A DNA stretch of 31,351 nucleotides. Origin: Candidatus Nealsonbacteria bacterium (GTDB lineage Bacteria > Patescibacteriota > Minisyncoccia > Minisyncoccales > RBG-13-42-11). The DNA is taken from assembly GCA_043815465.1 (NCBI GenBank), contig JBDRIW010000052.1:1-31351 (forward strand), written 5' to 3'. The notes beneath the pieces are model-generated. The model saw nothing but the letters and a program-made list of their open reading frames with translations, was not told where the DNA came from and made no database searches. Position 1 is the stretch's first letter; every line of letters starts with the position of its first letter. Below, piece by piece: positions 24,625-31,351 of the stretch. The translations under genes were made by a program, and so were the position numbers.

Positions 24625-26337
24625 ATGAATAATCAGATATTATCTAAAATATTTTATGAAATTTCAGAATATCTGAAAATGGACGAAGTACCATTTAAAC
24701 CTTACGCTTATCAGAGAGCAGCTATGTTTTTGGAAGGGTTAGAAGAAGACGTTCAAGATATTTATGATAAAGATGGAATAAAAGGATTAATAGCTCTTGA
24801 GGCAATTGGAAAAAGTATTGCAGAATTAATAGAGGAATATTTAAAAACAGGTAAGATAAAATATTATCAATCTTTTAAAAAAAGACTTCCTTTAAATTTA
24901 GGAGAGTTGATCAATGTTGAGGGAATGGGGTCTAAAAAAGCTAAAGTTCTTTTTAAAGAATTAGGAGTCATAGATTTAAAAACATTAGAAAAGGCAGCTA
25001 AATCTCATAAAATAGCTCCCCTTTTTGGTTTTGGAGAAAAAACAGAGAAGAATATTCTAGAAGGGATAGAATTTTTAAAGAGAAGCAAGGGAAGGTTTCT
25101 TTTGGGAGAAATATTGCCAGAAGTAAAAAGGATAATTAAAAAATTAGAATCGTTAAAAGAAATAGAACAAATTAGTTCAGCTGGATCTATTAGGAGGAGA
25201 AAAGATACTATAGGGGATGTCGATATTTTAATAACTACTAAAAATCCTAAAAAAGTTATGGAGTTTTTTCTATCTTTTCCAGAGATAGTTAAAGTTTGGG
25301 GAAAAGGACAAACAAAATCTTCAGTTAGGATGAAACAAGGGTTTGATGTTGATTTAAGAGTTTTAAAAAATAGAAGTTATGGTTCCGCTCTTCAATATTT
25401 TACAGGTTCAAAAGAGCACAATATAGCCACTAGAAAACTAGCTATTCAAAAAGGATTAAAGCTTTCTGAATATGGTCTATTTAAGGGGTCTAAAATGATA
25501 GCTGGTGCTTCAGAAAAAGGGATTTATAAAGCTTTGGGATTAGACTGGATAGAACCAGAGTTAAGAGAAGATAGGGGCGAAATAGAAGCAGCTAGCAAAA
25601 AGAAGTTACCTAAATTAATAGAATATAAAGATATAAAAGGAGATTTACATTGTCATTCTAATTGGGATGGAGGAGAAGATTCAATAGCCGAAATGGCCAA
25701 AACTGCAAAGAGTTTAGGATATGAATATATAGGAATTTCAGACCATACTAAATTCTTAAGAATAGAAAATGGATTAGATGAAAAACAATTAGATAAGAGA
25801 AATAAAGAGATTGATAATTTAAATAAAAAACAGAAAGACTTCAAAATTCTTAAAGGAGCTGAGGTCAATATTTTAAATGATGGGTCTATAGATATAAAAG
25901 ATGAAAGTTTGGCAAAACTAGATTACGTTATAGCTGGGATTCATTCTAATCTTAAGATGCCTAAGGACAAGATGACAGAAAGGATAGTCAAAGCTATTAA
26001 AAATCCTAATATTGATATTCTTTCTCATCCAACAGGTAGAATATTAAAAAGAAGGGATGAATATCAGTGTGATTTCGATAAAATATTAAAAGCAGCAAAA
26101 GAATATAACGTCGCTTTAGAAATAAATGCTTCCATGGAAAGAATGGATTTAAATGATCAAAATATTAAAAGAACTAAAGAAGCAGGAGTTAAAATGATTA
26201 TTAATACAGATGCTCATTATAAAAGTCATTTAAACAATATAGAATTAGGGATATCTCAAGCTAGAAGAGGTTGGGCAGAAAAAGAAGATATCATTAATAC
26301 TAATTCCGTTAAGAAATTATTAACTTATTTTAATTAG
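24625..26337 (+). CDS. polX: DNA polymerase X family / PHP 3'-5' exonuclease
   Basis: PYAYQRAA, GSIRR..TIGDVDIL, DVDLR, YFTGSKEHN, LSEYGLF, PELREDRGE, DLHCHS, SDH, HPTGR, LEIN and TDAH motifs. Confidence 0.95.
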   Translation: MNNQILSKIFYEISEYLKMDEVPFKPYAYQRAAMFLEGLEEDVQDIYDKDGIKGLIALEAIGKSIAELIEEYLKTGKIKYYQSFKKRLPLNLGELINVEGMGSKKAKVLFKELGVIDLKTLEKAAKSHKIAPLFGFGEKTEKNILEGIEFLKRSKGRFLLGEILPEVKRIIKKLESLKEIEQISSAGSIRRRKDTIGDVDILITTKNPKKVMEFFLSFPEIVKVWGKGQTKSSVRMKQGFDVDLRVLKNRSYGSALQYFTGSKEHNIATRKLAIQKGLKLSEYGLFKGSKMIAGASEKGIYKALGLDWIEPELREDRGEIEAASKKKLPKLIEYKDIKGDLHCHSNWDGGEDSIAEMAKTAKSLGYEYIGISDHTKFLRIENGLDEKQLDKRNKEIDNLNKKQKDFKILKGAEVNILNDGSIDIKDESLAKLDYVIAGIHSNLKMPKDKMTERIVKAIKNPNIDILSHPTGRILKRRDEYQCDFDKILKAAKEYNVALEINASMERMDLNDQNIKRTKEAGVKMIINTDAHYKSHLNNIELGISQARRGWAEKEDIINTNSVKKLLTYFN

Positions 26338-26340
26338 AAT

Positions 26341-26549
26341 ATACCAATCGAAAAATCAGCTGGAGTGGTATTTTTTTAACAGAAGTAAACATTGAAGAAG
26401 TTATTATTTTTTCTGAACACGAAGAAATTAAATGGGTGTCTTTCGAAAAATCATTAAAATTGTTGACTTTTTGGAACAGTAAGGATATCCTCAAAAAAGA
26501 TAATAATTATTTAAATAAACAATATGCTACCTTTAGTAGAAACAAATAG
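26341..26549 (+). pseudogene. Nudix hydrolase remnant (internal deletion, lost start)
   Basis: IPIEKSAGVVFF* (start reads ATA) followed in another frame by ...SEHEEIKWVSFEKSLKLLTFWNSKDILKK. These resemble the N- and C-termini of Ap4A-hydrolase-like Nudix proteins; the Nudix box is missing. Confidence 0.6.
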
Positions 26550-27771
26550 TAAAAGTCTTAATAAATACAAAAATTTTATTTCTCCAAAAGTCTTAAAAGA
26601 AATAAAAACTTTGAGTAAACAACTTAAGGGTCTGAAAATATTTCACGTTAATTCTGCTCCAAGGGGCGGAGGAGTAGCTGAAATATTAAAAAGTTTAGTT
26701 CCCTTAATGAAAGGAATAGGTTTAAATGCCGAATGGTATACTATTCCTGCTAGAAATAGTTTTTTTAAGATAACTAAAGAAATGCACAACGCCCTTCAGG
26801 GCAAAAGTTATAAATTTTCTTTTAAGGATAGGAAAAAATATATTCTTCACATGGCTAATACTGCAGAATTAATGGGAGATATGAAGCCAGATATTTGGGT
26901 TATACATGATCCTCAGCCAGCTGGGGTTATCATGTTTTTACCTGATTTTTATCCTGCTATTTCTAGAATACACATTGACTCAACTTCTCCGAATATGGAA
27001 GTTTGGAAGTTTGTAGCTAGTTTTTTGGAATGTTACGATAAAGTAATTTTTAGCTCTAATGATTTTATACATAGTGAAGTTAAAAATAAAGCAAAAATTA
27101 TTCAACCAGCGATAGATATGCTTAATCCCAAAAATAAACCATTACCAATTAATAAAGCCAATGATATTATTAGAACTTTTGGAGTTAATCCCGATAAACC
27201 CTTAATCTCTCAAGTTTCCAGATTTGACCCATGGAAAGATCCAGTGGGCGTTATAGAGGCTTATAAAATAGCTAAGAAAAAAATACCTGATTTGCAATTA
27301 GCTATGGTGGGTTTGATTTTAGCTAAAGATGATCCTGAAGCAGATAAAATTTATACAGAAACAAAAAAGAAAGCAGATGGTGATCCAGATATATTCCTTT
27401 TTGCCGATGTCTCAAAGTTGGGAAGCTTAAAGGTTAGTACCTTTGTTAATGCCTTTCAGGTTGCTTCAGATATAATTATTCAAAAATCTATTAGAGAAGG
27501 ATTTGGAATGACGGTGGCAGAGGCTATGTGGAAGGAAAAAGCTGTTATCGCTGGAAGAGTTGGAGGAATAAAACTTCAAATAAAAAATGGAAAGAATGGA
27601 TTTTTAGTCTCAACTCCAAAAGAAACAGCTAAAAGAATAGTTCAATTAATAGAAAATCCAGTTTTAGCGAGGAAACTTGGTAAAGAAGCTAAAAAAACCA
27701 TACAAGAAAAATTTTTAATGCCTAGACTCTTGAGAGATTATCTTAGGCTTTTTAAAGAACTTAAAAAATAA
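26524..27771 (+). CDS. treT: Glycosyltransferase family 4, trehalose synthase TreT-like
   Basis: HVNSAPRGGGVAEIL, FFKITKEMHNALQG, IHDPQP, RIHID, QVSRFDPWKDP and QKSIREGFGMTVAEAMWK. Confidence 0.85.
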   Translation: MLPLVETNSKSLNKYKNFISPKVLKEIKTLSKQLKGLKIFHVNSAPRGGGVAEILKSLVPLMKGIGLNAEWYTIPARNSFFKITKEMHNALQGKSYKFSFKDRKKYILHMANTAELMGDMKPDIWVIHDPQPAGVIMFLPDFYPAISRIHIDSTSPNMEVWKFVASFLECYDKVIFSSNDFIHSEVKNKAKIIQPAIDMLNPKNKPLPINKANDIIRTFGVNPDKPLISQVSRFDPWKDPVGVIEAYKIAKKKIPDLQLAMVGLILAKDDPEADKIYTETKKKADGDPDIFLFADVSKLGSLKVSTFVNAFQVASDIIIQKSIREGFGMTVAEAMWKEKAVIAGRVGGIKLQIKNGKNGFLVSTPKETAKRIVQLIENPVLARKLGKEAKKTIQEKFLMPRLLRDYLRLFKELKK

Positions 27772-27919
27772 AAATTATAATATTCCCTTATTATGTATGA
27801 TAATTTGGGAAGATATAATAACAATAAAAATAACTTTACTTAAAGAAGAAAGAGTGTTAATAGAAACATGGAGGGTTGTTCTTTGACAACCTATTTTAAA
27901 ATAAAAAGGAGGACATAAA

Positions 27920-29269
27920 ATGTCAGGAATTCTTGGATTTGACGTTGATACAGATTGTTGGCCAGAAACAAAAAGTGCTAGTGGTATTTTGCAACCCAGA
28001 GGAGACGAGTGGGGTGGATTCGCGGTAATTCAGGGTGATAAAATTGTCAGGGAAGCACAAAAAGGCAAAATAACACCTTTGCTTGAAAAAGAAGAATTAA
28101 AGCTAAAGAATACTCAGAAAATAATCACTCATGTAAATCAGAATCCCGAGAATCCTCAGCCGGCTAAAATAAATGAAACCAAAATGGGGCAGATTGCCTT
28201 GGCCTTTGATGGAAAGATTATTAACAAAGAAGAGTTGATAGCGAAATCACCTTATCTTGTTGGTTCAGAAGCCGGCATTATGGCGAGATTGGTTGCTTCA
28301 GAAGAAGATCCTTTAAATGGATTAAAGAAGCTACTCCAAAGTATAAAAGGTCCATTTTGTCTGGTTTTATTAACCTTGGATGGGATTTTTGCCACTAGAG
28401 ATGTTTTAGGAATTAGACCTATGATTTCTGGTAGATTTCTAGGGGATAGCAAGATAGGATGTGGCGTTGCCTCTGAATCAGCTTCCCTGGAGCACATTGG
28501 GATGGAGCTGATAAGAGACATAAGACCGGGTGAGATAATTTCAATAGCCCCAGACGGATTCAAAACGATCTATCAAGTACCTGAAGTCAATCCGGTTATT
28601 TGCAGTTTCGAATATGGCTACTGGGCCAGAATTTCTTCAACAATTGAAAATATCTGGGTTGGCGAAGTCAGGAGAAAAGCAGGGATGAAACTCGTCTCTA
28701 ATTGTCCCGAAGCAGACATTATTTCTAGCTTCCCAATGTCTGGAAGCGCAGCGGCAGAAGGATTACATCAGGCCTCGGGGATCAACTACCAAACCATTTT
28801 TGATTATAATCTTGAGGCTGGAGGAAGAAGTTTTCTTCCCTTTGACTCGGAGGTAAGAACTAAAAGAGCAAAAGATAAACTTTTAATAGTTCCCCCAGCA
28901 GTAAAGGGAAAAAGAATTGTGATAGTTGACGATTCAATTGTCGAAGGGAGGCAAACTTTAGCAAGGATATCTTCCATCAAAAGGGCAGGTTCAGAAGAAA
29001 TTCATCTTAGGATTGAAACTCCTCAGATGAAACATTCTTGTCCCTTTGACGTTACTCCAAGAGGCAAATTACTTGCTACTGATCATACGCTTGAGGAAAT
29101 GAGAAAAATCTTGGGTGTTAAGAGTTTAGAATTTAATGCAGTAGAAGACTTTGTCGATGCAATAGTTTCTTCTCAAAGTGAAAAAAGAAAGATAGAAAAT
29201 CCAATAAAGAATGAAAATATCTGTCTTGGCTGTTTCACTGGAGAATTTCCAAAGTACCCTAATTTTTAA
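27920..29269 (+). CDS. Amidophosphoribosyltransferase (PurF) homologue lacking the catalytic Cys1
   Basis: RDVLGIRP, SESASL, CSFEYGYWAR, VDDSIVEG, IHLRI and CLGCFTG mark the PurF fold. The N-terminus is MSGILG rather than MCGIxG. AGGAGG SD is present. Confidence 0.85.
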   Translation: MSGILGFDVDTDCWPETKSASGILQPRGDEWGGFAVIQGDKIVREAQKGKITPLLEKEELKLKNTQKIITHVNQNPENPQPAKINETKMGQIALAFDGKIINKEELIAKSPYLVGSEAGIMARLVASEEDPLNGLKKLLQSIKGPFCLVLLTLDGIFATRDVLGIRPMISGRFLGDSKIGCGVASESASLEHIGMELIRDIRPGEIISIAPDGFKTIYQVPEVNPVICSFEYGYWARISSTIENIWVGEVRRKAGMKLVSNCPEADIISSFPMSGSAAAEGLHQASGINYQTIFDYNLEAGGRSFLPFDSEVRTKRAKDKLLIVPPAVKGKRIVIVDDSIVEGRQTLARISSIKRAGSEEIHLRIETPQMKHSCPFDVTPRGKLLATDHTLEEMRKILGVKSLEFNAVEDFVDAIVSSQSEKRKIENPIKNENICLGCFTGEFPKYPNF

Positions 29270-29285
29270 ATATCATAAAAGAATT

Positions 29286-29321
29286 AAAAGTCTCCATCTT
29301 TTTAAATGGAGACCTTTTTTG
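29286..29321. terminator. Bidirectional terminator between convergent purF-like gene and rplT
   Basis: gtctccat / atggagac stem with an A-run before and a T-run after. Confidence 0.75.
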
Positions 29322-29329
29322 TTTATTGT

Positions 29330-29677
29330 TTAAACTTTTACTTTTTCTATTATCTTTTTGAATATTTGAGGATTTTTCTCAACTAGTTCAGAAAGTATCT
29401 TTCTATCTATTTCTATCTTATTCTTTTTAAGAGATGCTATAAATTTACTGTAGGCTAATCCTTCTGCCCTAGAGGCTGAATTTATTTGGCTTTGCCATAA
29501 ACCCCTCTTATCTCTTTTTTTAACTTTTCTATCTCTGTAGGCATATTCCCAAGCATGTCTTAAAGCATCTTTAGCTAATTTATATTTTGATTTTCTTCCC
29601 CATTTAAAACCCTTAGCGTGCTCTAATACGTTTTTTCTTCTTTTATTTGCTGTTGTTCCTCTTTTAACTCTAGGCAT
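29330..29677 (-). CDS. rplT: 50S ribosomal protein L20
   Basis: MPRVKRG, AYRDRK, RGLWQSQIN and IDRKILSEL. Confidence 0.98.
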   Translation of the reverse strand: MPRVKRGTTANKRRKNVLEHAKGFKWGRKSKYKLAKDALRHAWEYAYRDRKVKKRDKRGLWQSQINSASRAEGLAYSKFIASLKKNKIEIDRKILSELVEKNPQIFKKIIEKVKV

Positions 29678-29871
29678 TATTTTTTAATTATTTTCCTGAT
29701 TCTTTTACTTTCGGCCTTAGATAAGTGAACTAATTTTCTGCCTTTTCTTATGGTATTTCCTGATTGTTTAGCTCTAGAATGATCAAGACCGGTTAACATC
29801 CTTAGGATCTTACCATTCTTTGTTATTTTAAATCTTTTTGTTACTGATTTTCTTGTTTTTAATTTTGGCAT
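29677..29871 (-). CDS. rpmI: 50S ribosomal protein L35
   Basis: MPKLKTRKSVTKRFKITKNGK; located between infC and rplT. Confidence 0.96.
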   Translation of the reverse strand: MPKLKTRKSVTKRFKITKNGKILRMLTGLDHSRAKQSGNTIRKGRKLVHLSKAESKRIRKIIKK

Positions 29872-29872
29872 A

Positions 29873-30382
29873 TTATTTTTTGGAAATTATCATTGTAAAT
29901 CCTCTGGGTTCTCTTTTCAATTCTTTTTCTGTTTTTATTGGTATTATTTCATTTAAAGACTCAAGGAAGCTCATCATTTTCTCTCTTCCAAAATCCCCTA
30001 AGGCTTTTTGTCTTCCTCTTAAAGGCAGGTCTATTCTCACCGTATCTCCCTTTTTAAGAAACTTTTCGGCTAAATTGGCCCTTGTCTCCATATCGTGCTT
30101 TGAAATGTTGTAAGTGAGTCTTATCGCCTTCAATTCCCCGCCTTTATTTTTACGGTTATGTTTTTCTTTTTTTTCTTCTTGATATAAATATTTTCCGATA
30201 TTTCCTATTTTACAAACAGGGGGCTCAACTTTTTCTGTTACCTGAATAAGGTCTAGGCTCTTTTCTTTGGCTAAACTAAGACCCTCTTCCAAAGGAACAA
30301 TTCCAAGTTGATTTCCAATTTCATCTATCAATCTTATTTCTGTAGCCCTTATTTGGTTGTTTATAAAAATTCTTTTAGGCAA
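29873..30382 (-). CDS. infC: Translation initiation factor IF-3 (TTG start)
   Basis: INNQIRATEIRLID, LDLIQV, PPVCKI, KFLKKGDTV and LRGR. The start codon is TTG, with an in-frame TAA three codons upstream. Confidence 0.96.
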   Translation of the reverse strand: MPKRIFINNQIRATEIRLIDEIGNQLGIVPLEEGLSLAKEKSLDLIQVTEKVEPPVCKIGNIGKYLYQEEKKEKHNRKNKGGELKAIRLTYNISKHDMETRANLAEKFLKKGDTVRIDLPLRGRQKALGDFGREKMMSFLESLNEIIPIKTEKELKREPRGFTMIISKK

Positions 30383-30839
30383 TTTCTTTTATTAATTTTG
30401 TTCTTGGTAATATTTCAAAAAACTTTTTTAAAAATATAGCCCTTTTTTTGTTAATTATCAAAGAATATTTTCCATTTCTTGGAGTGACTTTGACGTACTC
30501 TTTGATTACTAATTTCGACCTGATTAATTTATATGTTTTCAAATAAGGCAGAATCTGTTTTAGGATGTTTAAAGCTTGTCGATTTCTTACTCTGTAAATA
30601 TAGGCGATACAATGATTTTCATTTTTACTCATTTTTACTCTTATGTCTCCAGCTCCTATAGTCTTTTTTACCCACTTAAGCATATAAAGGTCTGTATTAT
30701 CTATTTCTACTAATAATGATCTGTTTTTATTTGCATTAGTGCGACTTAAAGTTACAGTTCCTTCTCCATCTATTAATCCGGCTAAATAACCAGCCTCCTC
30801 AGGCTTCAAACTATTAATTTTATTATACTTTATTTTCAT
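30375..30839 (-). CDS. Single-motif LAGLIDADG homing endonuclease-like protein (free-standing)
   Basis: AGYLAGLIDGEGTV motif, IDNTD, ILPYLKTYK; 154 aa. Confidence 0.9.
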   Translation of the reverse strand: MKIKYNKINSLKPEEAGYLAGLIDGEGTVTLSRTNANKNRSLLVEIDNTDLYMLKWVKKTIGAGDIRVKMSKNENHCIAYIYRVRNRQALNILKQILPYLKTYKLIRSKLVIKEYVKVTPRNGKYSLIINKKRAIFLKKFFEILPRTKLIKEIA

Positions 30840-30855
30840 TTAATTATTAATTATG

Positions 30856-31197
30856 TGGAGGTGAGGAGAATTGAACTCCTGTCCAAAAAATTTCTTTAAA
30901 ACATTTCTACAAGCATAGCCAGATTTTATATAAGATATAGAGTTTAAACCGGGCAAAAAATCTATATCTTTGATACAGAGCCATTTTCAATAGTTATCCT
31001 GAATCAAAAAACTATCTATCTCGCTAAAATAACACCTCGGATCTGCCTAGCGAGAATCCTCAGACGAGATGGCATTAGGCGAATGCTAATGCTGGTTTTT
31101 TGAATAAGTTGGCACTTATTTCTTTATTAGTTTTACAAGATCTAATAACTCGGCTTGCATATTTTAATTAGATTTTCTGTCGAAGCCTTTCACCCCC
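30856..31197 (-). ncRNA. ssrA: tmRNA
   Basis: 5' GGGGGTGAAAGGCTTCGAC, 3' GGAGTTCAATTCTCCTCACCTCCA, a G3-U70 pair in the acceptor stem and an internal tag ORF; 342 nt. CCA is not encoded. Confidence 0.96.
31075..31113 (-). other. tmRNA proteolysis tag reading frame (A)ANLFKKPALAFA*
   Basis: ATAAGT|GCC resume context, then GCC AAC TTA TTC AAA AAA CCA GCA TTA GCA TTC GCC TAA. Confidence 0.85.
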
Positions 31198-31351
31198 TCA
31201 AATTCAATTCTCTTTTCATATCTATTTCAGTCTCTCTTTTTTTTATCGTTTCTCTCTTATCTTTCTGTTTCTTTCCTTTGGCGACTCCAAACTCTAACTT
31301 AATATTACTCTTCAGAGTATACACCTTTATTGGGATTAAAGTCAACCCTTT
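31190..31351 (-). CDS. smpB: SsrA-binding protein SmpB, C-terminal part (begins beyond right edge)
   Basis: Manual translation KGLTLIPIKVYTLKSNIKLEFGVAKGKKQKDKRETIKKRETEIDMKRELNLRG*, containing the GLTLIP, GKK and DKRETIK motifs. Confidence 0.93.
   Translation of the reverse strand, partial: KGLTLIPIKVYTLKSNIKLEFGVAKGKKQKDKRETIKKRETEIDMKRELNLRG

Noticed and set aside
27883-27902. TTGACA upstream of the purF-like gene as a promoter
   Set aside because: There is no -10 hexamer at 16-18 nt spacing.
349-28563. Antisense/shadow ORFs in the track (349-753, 1102-1350, 4453-4740, 6078-6263, 6344-6553, 7053-7259, 7616-7870, 9163-9378, 10674-10886, 11966-12148, 12848-13123, 19402-19866, 19942-20211, 20180-20377, 20780-20962, 21820-22017, 24245-24502, 25653-25868, 28252-28563)
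   Set aside because: They overlap well-supported genes, show the Ile/Phe/Ser-rich composition expected from the antisense of Lys/Glu-rich genes, and have no recognisable motifs.
29838-30113. 91-aa hydrophobic ORF on the + strand
   Set aside because: It is an antisense shadow of infC/rpmI.
30375-31197. Group I intron carrying the LAGLIDADG ORF inside tmRNA
   Set aside because: The tmRNA T-arm and acceptor stem are contiguous, the ORF lies outside the gene, and there is no room for an intron core.
1-31351. CRISPR array, cas genes or defence island
   Set aside because: No regularly spaced direct repeats or cas/defence motifs were seen.
1-31351. Stop-codon reassignment (TGA=Gly, code 25)
   Set aside because: Conserved genes are full length in code 11, and TGA ends genes such as the permease and smpB at their expected positions.

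Overview
This is an AT-rich, gene-dense, code-11 bacterial window. Its gene content and style suggest a Patescibacteria/CPR (Parcubacteria-like) genome (inference). From left to right: an IS481-family transposase start, a promoter-driven hairpin RNA candidate, a PilB/GspE ATPase, tsaE and a stand-alone 5'-3' exonuclease. Next come a flavodoxin-membrane sensor, a PAS histidine kinase, two receiver-only regulators, mutM, holA, rpsT, uvrB, a MurE-like ligase and NIF3. A head-to-head pair of elp3 and a Trm9-like methyltransferase follows, then a second ncRNA candidate, a LOG-family protein, a small beta-barrel protein, an amino-acid permease, an EndoQ-family nuclease, ispG-ispH, tRNA-His and greA with a leader ORF and terminator. 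The right part holds an HD hydrolase, a flippase-like protein, a half-size MFS protein, PolX-PHP, a Nudix remnant, TreT, a PurF homologue lacking the catalytic Cys, rplT-rpmI-infC, a free-standing LAGLIDADG gene, tmRNA and the 3' end of smpB. The best candidate for an undescribed system is the zero-gap divergent elp3 / Trm9-like pair, which suggests a eukaryote/archaea-type cm5U34 to mcm5U34 tRNA wobble pathway in a bacterium. All assignments come from motif recognition by eye; no searches were run.
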